From contig CATNEN010000012.1 in the NCBI GenBank assembly GCA_950097015.1, positions 1,302,001 to 1,366,000 of the forward strand: a DNA stretch of 64,000 nt. Reading direction: 5' to 3'. Shown in pieces: positions 48,328-61,635 of this stretch (positions are counted from its first letter, which is position 1; each line of letters begins with the position of its first letter). This stretch comes from Macrostomum hystrix (lineage: Eukaryota > Animalia > Platyhelminthes). The position numbers and the translations under genes are program-made. The notes beneath the pieces are model-generated. The model was not told where the DNA came from. It was given only the letters and a program-made list of their open reading frames with translations, and ran no database searches.

Positions 48328-50259
48328 TAGATACTGCTCAGTGTATGTGAATGCTAGATCAATAGCAGTTGCCAATGACACTATGATTTATGGGTATAAT
48401 TGGCCATATTGGACAGTATTGTGAAGGACTTTGGTCCACAATACTTTTCTGCAGTAGTATCATTTAATTTTATGAAAAATAATTCTATGGGAAACCTCCT
48501 TGCCAATATCTAAAAAACAGTAGCAAATTAGGGTCAGCCTAGGCCTACTTGGTTATGTTATGTCTAGACTGATATAAAGAAACTCAATAGGCCTAATAGG
48601 CCCCTACTAGGGCCTAATAGATAGGATCCAAAGTTGCTATACTTTACTATATTGGCCCACTTGGATAGGTCTAAATCAGTTAGGGCCTAGTCTCCTAGTG
48701 AGTAGGCCCCCTATACACTCAGAGGCCACATCAATAACACATTTTTAGCTACTTATTAGCTAGGCCTTGGTCTTGCCCTTAGTAATTTCTATTTTGATCA
48801 CATAAGAAGGCTAGGCCTAGCTTTACTTGTTTCTCTATAACTTTATGTTTAGATATAAGAAATTCAGTATAGGGCCAAGCCTGCATTGTAGGGTAATAGC
48901 TAGCTACCAGAGTACCAGTGGCTAATTGTTTTAGGCCTAGTTTATATACAAATTACGTGATATGGCTATAAGCTATATAGGCCTAGTATAGGCCCCCTAT
49001 AATAAAGAAAAAACGATGGCCTTCCTTGGCATAAGGTCAACAAACAAGACAGAGTTAACCATAACAATGTCTGTAATATCCTAGTTCACCAGCACTTAAC
49101 CTACATACATATTTTCTCAATGGCGTAGTTTTCGCGCACTCAGTACGTAGCTACATATAGGCCTATTATAGCTCGTACATTACGAAGCCTTATACATTTA
49201 AAAGAACATGCTCTCGGAACAAAGAACATGTTCTGATTTGCCCATTAAGGCAACCGTCGAGCATGTTCTATTGCTGTTTCTTAGACCCTATCTCTGTCAA
49301 CATGGGTGGCAACTTACGTACTGTTTTATTGATTTTACTTCATTACATAACAACAACAACAACAACAACAACAAATTACAGCTACTCCGGCGGTGCCGAA
49401 GGTGGGTAGGCTAACTGTCAAAATGCGCGCGCAAGCGCAGCGTTTCGCAGAATTGTCACTCCACGGGGGTCGGAGAGATGCCAGCGTCCGACAGAAGCAG
49501 GTCGACGTAGCGCACTGTCCTCGCCTGGCCACGCCGCCGCGGTCCCTGCAGGGAAAGCAACAGTACATCCTGCAGGTGCTCTTGTCAGCGCTGCTCCGCT
49601 TGAAAGACGTGTTGTCTTCCTTTTAGTTTTTGTTCATTACATACAAAAACTAAAAGGAAGACAACAGTCGATGTCGTAAACGGATAGGCCTAACCAAAAA
49701 TCTGATTTGGAATACGATACTATATTGCATGCAGGTAAATAAATGTACTTGTTAAGTTATAATTATCAGTGCTGCATATAAAATGCAAAATGAACCCGAC
49801 AAGAAGGATTAGTAAACAATTTAACAAATCAAGTAGCATTGTTACAGTCGGATTAGTTTAAATCAATTTTAAATCCCGCTTGTATGACTTGCTTATGAAA
49901 TTAAGAAAATTTATTCCTAAATAAAAAAGAAATTCAAGTTTAGCTCCTGTGTTTTAATATTAGGCTTTTATCAACTTTTATAAGAAGCAAAAGTAAGAAG
50001 CGATTGTCATCTGTCGATCTTTGAAGTTTTACTTTTGTTTTTCTGTTTATGCATGCGAACTTGTTCCTTAGTCAAGATGAGAAAAGTATTAAATTCATAA
50101 TAAAATGACATAACAAAGTTTATTGGAGTGTCCTCATTTCATATTAAGTAAATTATATTGTGCCCTCGTTTTCCTAAATTGTAATGATACACTGATTGTT
50201 GTCTTTGAGTGAGACTAGAAGCTTTAAATAAGGAAATATGTGTCTAACTAGTTTCGAAA

Positions 50260-50698
50260 CAGGATCCTAGACACTTCGTCATCTTACAACTTCGTCATCT
50301 TACAACTTCGTCATCCACTTGGAAGGTAGTCCACACTTCGTCATCCAGCCAATTGGCATGCTTTTAAGTTTGGTCAGTTCGTCATCTACTAATAGGCCTA
50401 ACAAGCAATCAAGTTCGTCATCAATAAAGTGAGGGTGGGATGGTGGGGCAGAGGTGTGAACACACTTCACACTCTAAATTGTCAAAAAGAGGTGTCAAAA
50501 CTGATTTCATTATAAGTGTAGGTGCCAACACGATGTGAGGAGGGGTGGTTCTGTTCTGACTTTGAAAACTTTTGTTTTAGGCCTATAGATGACGAAGTGT
50601 ATTCAAGTCTAAGTCTCTTCGTCATCCACCCTCTAAGATATTGGACAGATCGTCATCTGGATGACAAAGTTGTAAGATGACAAAGTGCCCAGGTACTG
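50260..50698. mobile_element. MITE-like element with imperfect TIRs and internal TTCGTCATC repeats
   Basis: caggatcctagacacttcgtcatcttacaacttcgtcatc vs reverse complement of right end cagtacctgggcactttgtcatcttacaactttgtcatc; no clear TSD. Confidence 0.75.
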
Positions 50699-51817
50699 TG
50701 AAATTCATGGATGGATGAGTTGGTCAACTTTGGCATAGGGCCTAACTAATATAAGAAGAAATTAAGCTCCTAGCTATCATGCTGGTGTACTTGCCAGTGT
50801 ACAGATGAAGAAATCTGTTGATTTTATTAGTTCCTTGACCATACATGCGCAACCTCCCAAATCTTAGCCGGCCGTGCGACTTAGTTTTTGCTCTCATTTG
50901 CGACTTAGTTCGTTTCATTGCTCTATTTACGACTTAGTTTGCTCTCATTTGCTCTTTTTCTCTCCCCTTTTTCCTTTTCTTCACGCCTTCCTTTTTTGTC
51001 CCTTGGTCCCCCCTTTGATTTTTTTGCGCTTGGTCGATTGGTTTTTGCGACTTACCTTGCTTGGCCCTCGGCCCTCGGCCGGGTGTTGCGCATGTATGTC
51101 CTTGACTAATTTGAATGTAATTGTAGGCCCTATAGCCGTAGGGGCCCTACTCTTTGTTTTAAATGCAGTGACACCCTGCCATGAACAAGAGAGAGAGACC
51201 ACTTGCTAAATCATTAATATGAAGGTGAAGTTAGCAAGAGAGTACAATGCATAACATAGTTTTCTAACAGCATTTGATTTGATAGCGTTGTACTTATACT
51301 TGCAAAGAGTAACACCTTCTCAAAGAGCAATGCCATCTTCCCTGGCTTGCACATATTTAACCCATCAATTCATTCTATTTTTTGCAACAATAAAAGTGGT
51401 AGTCAGAAAAACTTTTCATTATCTTTAGGCCCCTATGGCAGATGAGTTTGTATGAACTCTTGTATGAACTCTTAAAAGTTTAACCATTTTAATGGTATTG
51501 ATATTGATAATAAAAAAGATTACTAGAAGCACTTAACTAGCTAATATATTTAAAGATCACTATATCAGGTAGGTAAGTATTTCATGTGAATCTATTCATC
51601 AATGTAATAAACCAATCACTAAGCCTAGCAGCTTACCTAAAGATAGGCCCTACAGCTAGGCCTAGTAACCAGTTGTTTCATCTTTTTGGCTATAAATACT
51701 TCAGCACTAAACTGGTTTGGCCTACATATAAAATAATATAAAATGTAATTTAAATTTAAAGATTATTTTTTTATTTTTAATTTGTTTCTTTTGATTAAGA
51801 AAACATGTTTTCAGTTT

Positions 51818-52498
51818 GGAAGTGCTTATCCCACGGTCCCGTGCCGATAATTTCAATTTTATCCACACGGATCCATGCCAATAATTTTCTGCTTATCCAC
51901 ATGGAAGCTTGTATGAATAGGTCTACTTTCAAGTCCCTACCTATTCTTCTCTGAGCATAGGCCTAAGGCTTTTGCTTCAGAGTATAGTGTATAGTGTACA
52001 CTATCAATACATAGTGTAAAATAATAACAATGATGTGTGATAATGTGTGACAAGTTTGGTGCTGACTAGAATTCTGCTGGTTGACTCGTATGATTTTCTT
52101 TGATGGACTTCTTACTTTTTAAGTCAATACAATTTGAATGAAAACACATAATGATGACAAAAGATTTAGTAAGTTGTTATTACAATAATTAAAAAGGATG
52201 ACATTAATGTCGGTTAATGAATGTGTAGGTCGAAATGTAGGACACATTCGTAACACACTGGCAACTTTGTCGATCTATTGGCTCAAGGGTTCAACAAAAT
52301 GTTCAAACCCAAAAGGGCCTCGTTTCAAGAAACAGAACTGTGTGGATAAAATTGAAATTAATGGCACGGCATATTTATATTAAGAGTTTTAGACCTATTC
52401 ATACAAGCTGCCGTGTGGATAAGCAGAAAATTATCGGCACGGATCCATGTGGATAAAATTGAAATTATCAGCACGGGACCGTGGGAATAAGCTCTACC
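51818..52498. mobile_element. Mutator-type MITE with about 110-bp TIRs
   Basis: GG termini, long TIRs (gcttatcccacggtcccgtg...gaataggtcta), perfect 9-bp TSD TTTCAGTTT (51809-51817, 52499-52507). Confidence 0.92.
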
Positions 52499-53972
52499 TT
52501 TCAGTTTAGCAGTTTTTTCTCCTTAAGTACCTAAAATGTATGATAATGTATATTAGTTGATGACTTGACTTTTCAAGTTTATATTTGTTTGCAAATAGTT
52601 TAAAGTTATAGCAATTGAGTCAATGAAAACTTTTGTTGAATGTTAAGGTGCTTTGACTTATTTTTTTTTGTTTTTTCATAGTATGCTCTACTGAAGTATT
52701 AGCATTATCAAATGCTAAATTATTAAACAAATGCTAGCAAAGAAAATGATATTAAAAGCATCAAATTAAAACATGTAATGTGGGCTGAAATGGTTTTAGG
52801 CTAAAGTGCTATATAGAATGAAAAGAATCTAAAGAATGATAAGGTCTATTTTCACCATTCCTTCATCAAAATATGCTAAATTTTTCAAATCAGTACTCAT
52901 ATTTTAATAAGCTTAACTTTATTGTTAAGGGGACCTGGAACATGGCTAAATGGCTAGTACTATTCTAAATCAACTTTTTATAAATTGTAAATATGTATCT
53001 GGTCTAATTGTAATTCCTGTTCAATCAGCAATATTTTTGTTTTTCTAGACAGTTTTAAATCTAGTCTAAATATTTCTGAATAATTAGGCTGAAGTTTAAC
53101 CATTTGGAACATTCTGAACTTTAGTGGATCTATCTAATCAGAAAGTTCAGAATTAAAACAAATATTGAAGAAGTTATTCAATTACTTTGATAATTAAATT
53201 CTCATGTTTAATATATTAAGGCTTAAAATAGTTTTCTGTATATTTCTTATCTGAAACCTAAGATTTAAATGTTCTTCTTTGTTTTCTAATTTATAGGCAT
53301 GCAGTTTGAATCTAAGTTTTTTGATTAAAATATGGATAGCTCAAATTCAATACTACTTGCATTACCTATTACAGTCCTTTACTAATTACTTTTAGCTACT
53401 ACTTTTAGCATTTAGGATTATTATTGACTATTTAGTCAATTAGTAGATTTGACGTCTACTTTATTCGAGGGTCAAAAAGAGAGAAAATTTAAGACTTAAT
53501 AGATTGCTCACATCATCAATTAGCAAGGGTCTAATTATGTTCTTGTTTGTCGCCCTCTTGCGCACCAAGATACTTGAGTTAGCACTGATTTTTTTCTTTT
53601 ATTTTCCACTGATTAGCTAGCGTCTAATCATTCAGTTTACAAAATCCAATGTTGCGTTTTTCGGATTATCGCAGTGTATCTTCGATACTGATGCACTGGA
53701 ACCCTGCAGTCCTTTTCGTTAGAAACATCACTTAGTGACACAAAGTACCCTGCAAAATCAAAGGATCATTTCTTGCTTGCCACCAGCAAATCTTTTCCTT
53801 CCAATCTGTCCAGGGCCAGCAGTGTCTTTGTAGCAATTATTGAATCTTGCACCAGCAGCCACTAAAGTATTGGTTAGCTCACACACTGAGAGCGGCAGAC
53901 ATAAGTAGGGGGGGGCTGGGCCAGGGGCCAAATTGTTCAACGCTTGAAAAATCGCCTTTGCAGCCAGCCCGG

Positions 53973-56547
53973 ATGTACAGCTGCGGCCAGCGACACTCGG
54001 GTGGCTTGGCTGATTACGGCCTATTAGCCTACAGGCAGTGCCAGCAGTTCACGCCGCCGCGACCGCCGCATGCGCCGCCGCGGTCCATGCCGCATCGGTC
54101 GACTAATAAAGCTGCGACAACTGCCACTGGCTCGCCATTGCCTGGCCAGCAGCAGCAGCAGCGTCGACACTTCAATGACGGAGCCTATTACGATGCGTCC
54201 CAGTCTCGCTCACGCTCCAGATCGCGGTACCGGTCTCGCTCGCCGTCTAGTCATAGGCGTCGGAACCAGGCAAATCATTATCAATATCAGCATCAGCAGC
54301 ATCAGAGCCAGTACGAGAGGCGCAGGCATCGATCGTCCACTTCCTATACGGAGACAGCGTCGCCTACTACAATTGGTCAAGATCGAAGTCGGCGCGATCG
54401 ATCCCCTAGGGGAGTTAGCAGCTCAGGAGACCAGCGCCAGCAGCGGCATCAACGTCATCGACGTAGTCGGCACAGTCGGCGCCGGCCCCGCCGCCGATCG
54501 CAACAGCGCCGCCGTGATCGGTCTCGATCTAGGACGAGAACTAGATCCCGGTCGAAATCCAGGGGATCTTCGCGCCGGGACGGACGGAGTTCGCGAACGG
54601 AGTCAACGACAAAGACGCGATCGCACTACAGGTGAGAAGTTTTTAGATAAAGTTTGTTTTAGAAAAGCGAGATGAAGGTAAAGATGATCTTACTTATGAT
54701 ACTACTTTGAGTCTTTTTTGTGAGTAGTAATTAGTATATCTCTACTTGTTGTCATCATTCTACTATAGATACTATGCAAAACACTGAAACACTTAATTCA
54801 CTTCCCTAGTGTTTTTGTTCACTATATCACGCTTTAAAATTGATACAAACATCTATCTATTGTGATTTTGGTCGAAATAGGCAAACAATAATCTATGGAA
54901 TTCCAGGAGCCGTCGTCGCCACTATCAGCAAACGCAGCAACAGCAGCAGCAGCAATTTTCACAGCATGGCTCGCAAACTAGCGACAGTCGCAGATCCCGG
55001 TCCCGGTCCCGGTCCTTTGTACAGCAGGATCGCGACGGCCACCTGGTAGTGCAGCCGGGCTCCAGCATGCGGTCCGGCCGCTACACCCTGGTTCGCCTGC
55101 TAGGCGAGGGCACATTCGGCCGTGTGATCGAAGCCGAGGATAGGCGCGAAGGAAATGAACACGTCGCAATCAAGGTGAGAAAGTGAAATTAAAATTAGGC
55201 AGTCAGGGCTGATGTACATTCCAGTGCGAGTGCGGTCCTGTGTTGTCAGAGTTCAGTTGCACCAGTACCCACAGCCCCCTGCTAGTATTATTATTGTCCT
55301 CGGGAGAGATCTTTCGATTCTTCAGATCCTTAAGTGAGACTTCTCAAAATCCCAGATTCTCGGTCGGGAGTATTAAACCTACCAGATCCTCAGGTGGGAG
55401 TATTAAACCTACCAGATCCTCAGGTAAGATCTTTCAAAATCCCAGATCCCCAGTTTCCTATCCCATCCTAACAGGTTGTGCGCAATGTGCCAAAGTACCG
55501 AGACGCCGCCATGCTGGAGATAAAAGTGCTCCAAACCCTGGAGCGTCGCGATCCTCATGGAAAATTTCACTGCGTCCAACTGCGGCAGCACTTCGACTAT
55601 CACGGCCACGTCTGTCTAGTATTCGACATGCTAGGCGAGTCCGTGTTTGATTTTCAGAAGCGCAACGACTACGCGCCCTACCCGTTGGAGCAAGTGCGCA
55701 GCATGGCCTACCAGCTGGCCTACGCTGTCAAATTTCTCCACGACTGCGGCCTGACGCACACAGATTTGAAGCCGGAGAATATATTGTTCTGCAATTCCTC
55801 AGATTATTATCGCGACGTCTGTCCCAGCACCGGCCGGGTGGTGAGAGAGAGAGGCTAATTGTGGTTTATGATAAGCAATTAAACACACCTAAGCTGACTA
55901 CCACACAAGCTGTCTGCGCTTCTCAACATTTCATTTTGTGAAGTTATGCATTCAGAGTAGGGCCTGAGCTCACCTGTACACCAACAGCCAAGTTACAAAT
56001 CAATCGATCGATTCCAATCGCCCTCCAGCGCACCGTCCTGCGTGACGCCACCATCCGTCTGATCGATTTCGGCTCGGCCACCTTCGATCACGAGCATCAC
56101 ACGAAAATTGTCTCCACTAGGCACTATCGCGCGCCTGAGGTTGTCCTAGAACTAGGCTGGTCGCATCCGTGCGATGTCTGGTCTATCGCCTGCATTGTGT
56201 TCGAATTGTACACTGGCGAGTGTCTGTTTATGACTCACGACAATCTGGAGCACCTGGCCATGATGGAGCGCTGCTTCGGCCGTCTACCAACCCGCATGGT
56301 TGAAGCCTCGCCAAAGACTAAGTACTTTCATCGCGGCCGGCTTGCCTGGAAATTCGGCGGCTCCGAGACTGTCGTGCAACCGTTGCGCCGCTATGCCCAG
56401 CTGCCGGAGAGTCGCGAGCATCGCCAGCTGTTCGACTTCCTTGAGGACCTATTCGAATACGAGCCCAGACGACGAGCCGCGCTCAGCGAAGCCATCGATC
56501 ATCCATTCTTTGAGGGCCTGCCTCAGCATATGCGACTGCACAGGTGA
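53973..56547 (+). CDS. clk: CLK/Doa LAMMER dual-specificity kinase, 4 coding exons, about 603 aa (start codon tentative)
   Basis: Exons 53973-54631, 54907-55174, 55475-55840, 56029-56547; RS-rich N-terminus, [39 protein letters not shown]. Confidence 0.95.
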
Positions 56548-57774
56548 TGCTGCAATTAATTGCTGCTTTGCAACATAGATCAGTATTCGCATCGTGGTCT
56601 ACTGTTAGTAGCTTGCACGCAATACAAGCCGGAATATAAAACATCCCTAATTCTTATTCTTAAACGCAGTCGGATATATTCTTTTAATTAGCCATGTTAT
56701 GGGGTCAGTGGCCACATTAAATCGGGACGCAGCCGCGGAGAGAAGGTTTGGTGGTTTGTCGTGCAATTTACGCCATTGAGGGACAACCAATAAGGCACAG
56801 TGGAATGTACACTGCCTGACGATGAGAAATTCAGTTCAGATGTACACACCCGTGTGAGCGTGCGTACAGTATCTGTGTACGTGTGTGCTCAAGAGTCAGC
56901 GTAATGTGCAGAATCGCCTACTCTGGCTGCGGGTCTAGTGTCACCAAATGATGTGCCACTGCCCGCAGCCATCCTGCAGATAAGCAATGCTTACTGTTTC
57001 TGCACTGTAGAGTTGAGGACAGTTTGTATGAATATAAGAAACACGGAAAATATGAAACCTTACAAAATAGTGATACTATTAAAATACAATGAAAAAACTG
57101 CCTTTTTAAGGTCCGAATTTAGTTTTGCGATCCGCAAGAAGTCAGCTTAATTATCTTTCATCACCTGCTGCTTTCACAGATATCACTCCAGCTCGCCCTA
57201 CCGCAGGTGACAACCGTGACAGCGCTACCTGCCTACGAAACAGTTCTTGTCTCCTTTATTCAAACAATAATTCTTGCTTAGTTTTATGGACATTGAATCG
57301 ATGTAATTGTTCACCTGCTTGTTCGCGTTTGATTATATTTGCTTGCGGTCGAATATTAAAAGAATAAGTTTGTATTTTCTTTACCGCCGCTGCTCTAAGA
57401 GCCGTTTTTTCTGGACCAGTTTTTGGGTAAAATGAATTTCAATAAAGTAGTGATTTTCGGGAAGATCACATCAAAAACGAATACTTCGGAAATTTAGGGA
57501 ATTCTGTAAACTCAGATAAATGCATTATAACAAACTAACTGTTTAGTCTTGTCAGTTTGCGTTCCTGTCATACTGCTATGCGTTGTATTCTTATTATTTT
57601 AAGACTGTCATTTTGCTTGCTAAAATAATCCTACCGTAATGCCATATCAGAAAGCTGTACCGCAGTTGTGTATTCGTTTTTCAGCATAGTCGGAAAAATG
57701 AGTTTAAGTAAATTAATGATGGGAAAGTAATAATCCTATATAAATATGCTACTTCCAAGTCTATATTCCTATTT

Positions 57775-59066
57775 TCCATTAGTCCATAGTCTTTAGACAG
57801 CCAATAATTCCCATTGTCCAATAGGCCAATGGTGTTTAGACAGCCAATAATTCCCATTGTCCAATAGTCTATGGTGTTTAGACAGCCAATAATTCCCATT
57901 GTCCAATAGGCCAATGGTGTTTAGACAGCCAATAATTCCCATTGTCCAATAGTCTATGGTCTTTAGACAGCCAATAATTCCCATTGTCCAATAGTCTATG
58001 GTGTTTAGACAGCCAATAATTCCCATTGTCCAATAGTCTATGGTCTTTAGACAGCCAATAATTCCCATTGTCCATTAGTCAATGGTCTTTAGACAGCCAA
58101 TAATTCCCATTGTCCAATAGTCAATGGTGTTTAGACAGCCAATAATTCCCATTGTCCATTAGTCAATGGTCTTTAGACAGCCAATAATTCCCATTGTCCA
58201 TTAGTCAATGGTCTTTAGACAGCCAATAATTCCCATTGTCCATTAGTCAATGGTCTTTAGACAGCCAATAATTCCCATTGTCCATTAGTCAATGGTGTTT
58301 AGACAGCCAATAATTCCCATTGTCCATTAGTCAATGGTGTTTAGACAGCCAATAATTCCCATTGTCCAATAGTCTATGGTCTTTAGACAGCCAATAATTC
58401 CCATTGTCCAATAGTCTATGGTGTTTAGACAGCCAATAATTCCCATTGTCCAATAGTCAATGGTGTTTAGACAGCCAATAATTCCCATTGTCCAATAGTC
58501 TATGGTGTTTAGACAGCCACCAATTCCCATTGTCCATTGTCATTGTCAAGGGTGTTTAGACAGCCACCAATTCCCATTGTCCAATAGTCTATGGTCTTTA
58601 GACAGCCAATAATTCCCATTGTCCATTAGTCTATGGTGTTTAGACAGCCAATAATTCCCATTGTCCAATAGTCTATGGTGTTTAGACAGCCACCAATTCC
58701 CATTGTCCATTGTCATTGTCAAGGGTGTTTAGACAGCCACCAATTCCCATTGTCCAATAGTCTATGGTGTTTAGACAGCCACCAATTCCCATTGTCCAAT
58801 AGTCTATGGTGTTTAGACAGCCACCAATTCCCATTGTCCAATAGTCTATGGTGTTTAGACAGCCACCAATTCCCATTGTCCAATAGTCTATGGTGTTTAG
58901 ACAGCCACCAATTCCCATTGTCCAATAGTCTATGGTGTTTAGACAGCCACCAATTCCCATTGTCCAATAGTCTATGGTGTTTAGACAGCCACCAATTCCG
59001 ATTGTCCAATAGTCTATGGTGTTTAGACAGCCACCAATTCCCATTGTCCAATAGTCTATGGTGTTT
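57775..59066. repeat. 42-bp minisatellite, about 30 copies
   Basis: ttagacagccaataattcccattgtccaatagtctatggtgt units. Confidence 0.95.
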
Positions 59067-60232
59067 AAAATACTCAGTCCTAAAATATGTTTCTGTCCAA
59101 TACTTGACGCAACAGAAGTGAGTTAAATTTGACGTGCTTTTAACGGTTAACGTGTTTTCAATAATTCTTTCTGTGTAATACCGCTTCAGCTTCATTTCTA
59201 TTATAGAATAAATTGCCTAAAATCAAAATAATAATTATGGTAATTTGGAGTTTTAATTTATCGTAACATTTCGTAAACTGTGTTTGTAACCATTTGTAAC
59301 AAGCCATATGTATTTCAACTAAGGTAAGGCCTGTAGTAAATCAAGTTTTTTGTCATGCAAAATGAAACATTTGCTATTCTTATCATACAGGTAAAAAATA
59401 GTCTTCGTTATATTATTAGCAAATCAAACTCACAGGCACACTCTTGTTATACAATTCTTGCGTGCATGTTTAACGTGTAGTCATGAAAAGTAAAACTATA
59501 TGCGTGCTTGTGTAGTGCGCGCATTTTAACAGGAAAAATTTACATTTGTTTTGTTTCTCTGTTCTTTTAGCCATATTTAGTGTAGTCTGTTGCAGTACTA
59601 GCATTAGCTGGGGGTAGAAAGTGTGGCTAGGCTTATTGGCCTGTCCACTGTCCATGGACTGAATGGCAGTGCCCAACATAGCTAAATGTATTTTTCTCTC
59701 CTTTGATTTTACTAAAATTTTATAATGCTTAGATTATTTAACAAAATCACAATAGCTTCTTGTTTAGTTTTTAATTGTGCTTTCGAATAGAAAACCCTAG
59801 CAAAATAATATCATAACAGTGCTTAGCAGGGCAGAATTGATTTCTCCATTCACTCACAGTGGTGTCCCCGTTTCACAGGACTTAATTTTCTATTGATTTT
59901 TATTCCTACACTTGGTGTGCTTAGCTGTTGTTGTGCCGTGTCTGTTGGCATTCGGCATTAGTGCCAATATAGAATCCTGCATGCCTTTCATAGCTCAGCT
60001 CTACTTAGTTTGTACTTAAAAAAGGCCAGCTTAAACGCAAATGCATATGCACCTGATCTCTTCTGTGCTTTTAAGTAAGGGCGTTTCCCTTCCCTTAAAT
60101 GGGGTACTATGCTCACGGCCGCAGAGCCAGTTCATTCCGATTCTTGTCGCCGAGTTACTAAGCTGATTTTCATTCTCTGTGGGCCCACCTTTTGCAATCA
60201 GAAATTTGTAGATCTATGGATAAAAAATAACA

Positions 60233-60898
60233 GATAGCTGGTGAGGTAGAGATGGCAGTTATTGAACATGATGGATGAGGTAGACATGGCAGTGATTGAA
60301 CATGATAGGTGAGGTAGAGATGGCAGTTATTGAACATGATGGATGAGGTAGAGATGGCAGTGATTGAACATGATGGATGAGGTAGACATGGCAGTGATTG
60401 AACATGATAGGTGAGGTAGAGATGGCAGTTATTGAACATGATAGATGAGGTAGAGATGGCAGCTATTGAACATGATAGATGAGGTAGAGATGGCAGTTAT
60501 TGAACATGATGGGTGAGGTAGAGATAGCAGTTATTGAACATGATAGGTGAGGTAGAGATGACAGTTATTGAACATGATGGGTGAGGTAGAGATGGCAGTG
60601 ATTGAACATGATGGGTGAGGTAGAGATGGCAGTTATTGAACATGATGGGTGAGGTAGAGATGGCAGTGATTGAACATGATGGGTGAGGTAGACATGGCAG
60701 TGATTGAACATGATGGGTGAGGTAGAGATGGCAGTGATTGAACATGATGGGTGAGGTAGACATGGCAGTGATTGAACATGATGGGTGAGGTAGACATGGC
60801 AGTGATTGAACATGATGGGTGAGGTAGAGATGGCAGTGATTGAACATGATGGATCAGGTAGAGATGGCAGCTATTGAACATGATAGGTGAGGTAGAGA
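60233..60898. repeat. 34-bp minisatellite, about 19 copies
   Basis: gatgggtgaggtagagatggcagttattgaacat units. Confidence 0.95.
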
Positions 60899-61635
60899 TT
60901 GAAAGGCTCTAGGCATTAGAATGATAAAGGAAACTTTGCTATCAGAAGTCAAACAGGCGGTCATAACTAGGTCTATCTTCGCCGTCCGTATCGTTCTCTC
61001 TGTTCTCCCCTCGAACTCCCTTGGGTACTGGAACGGGAAATTCTAGTTAAAAGCCAAATAAAATGACAGGAAGAGACGCCTATTGCCCAGAAAGTAATTT
61101 TATAAGTGCCCAGCTGCTAATGCCAGTAATGGCGAGTAAGAATGCGGTGAAATGGAGTGAGAGGCAAGATCTCGACTTGTCTGTGGGCTGGGCGCGGGCT
61201 ATGCTCTAGGCGTCATCTTGGTCTACGGTTATCGATCCGTGTCCACCGTTGCACGACGCCCACGCGACTCTGCAGTGGTTGGGCAAGGGACGAAGGACAG
61301 TTCCTTAAAATTCTACCGTCTCTTATTGGCTAGTGGAGTATATTTGAGTAAAGTTCTCTGGCAGCTCAGCCTGTGTGTGCTCGCGTGTATTCTTTGCACT
61401 TGCATACATTTTTTGAAAAAACTTTTCTTCTCCCTTTCTAATCGTCTCCTTGTGGCTCTCCGCCATTGCAAAATTTGCTTATTAAGTAAGTGCAGCGTCC
61501 TATTTTGGCATTCTTTAACTTTTGCCCCAGGCCAATTGAAGTGACTTCTCTGACATTTACTGTTGTTTGCAGCCGCCCTAAAGACACCACAGGAATAAAC
61601 ATAATAGTCGACGCTCCCGACCACACTGTGCCATA

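Noticed and set aside
54070-54675. 201-aa overlapping ORF
   Set aside because: Alternative frame of the GC-rich RS-domain exon of CLK.
58675-59195. Repeat-peptide ORFs in the 42-bp array (likewise 60497-60881)
   Set aside because: Products of minisatellite periodicity.
57775-60898. 42-bp and 34-bp arrays as CRISPR arrays
   Set aside because: Units are contiguous with no unique spacers, there are no cas genes, and the context is eukaryotic.
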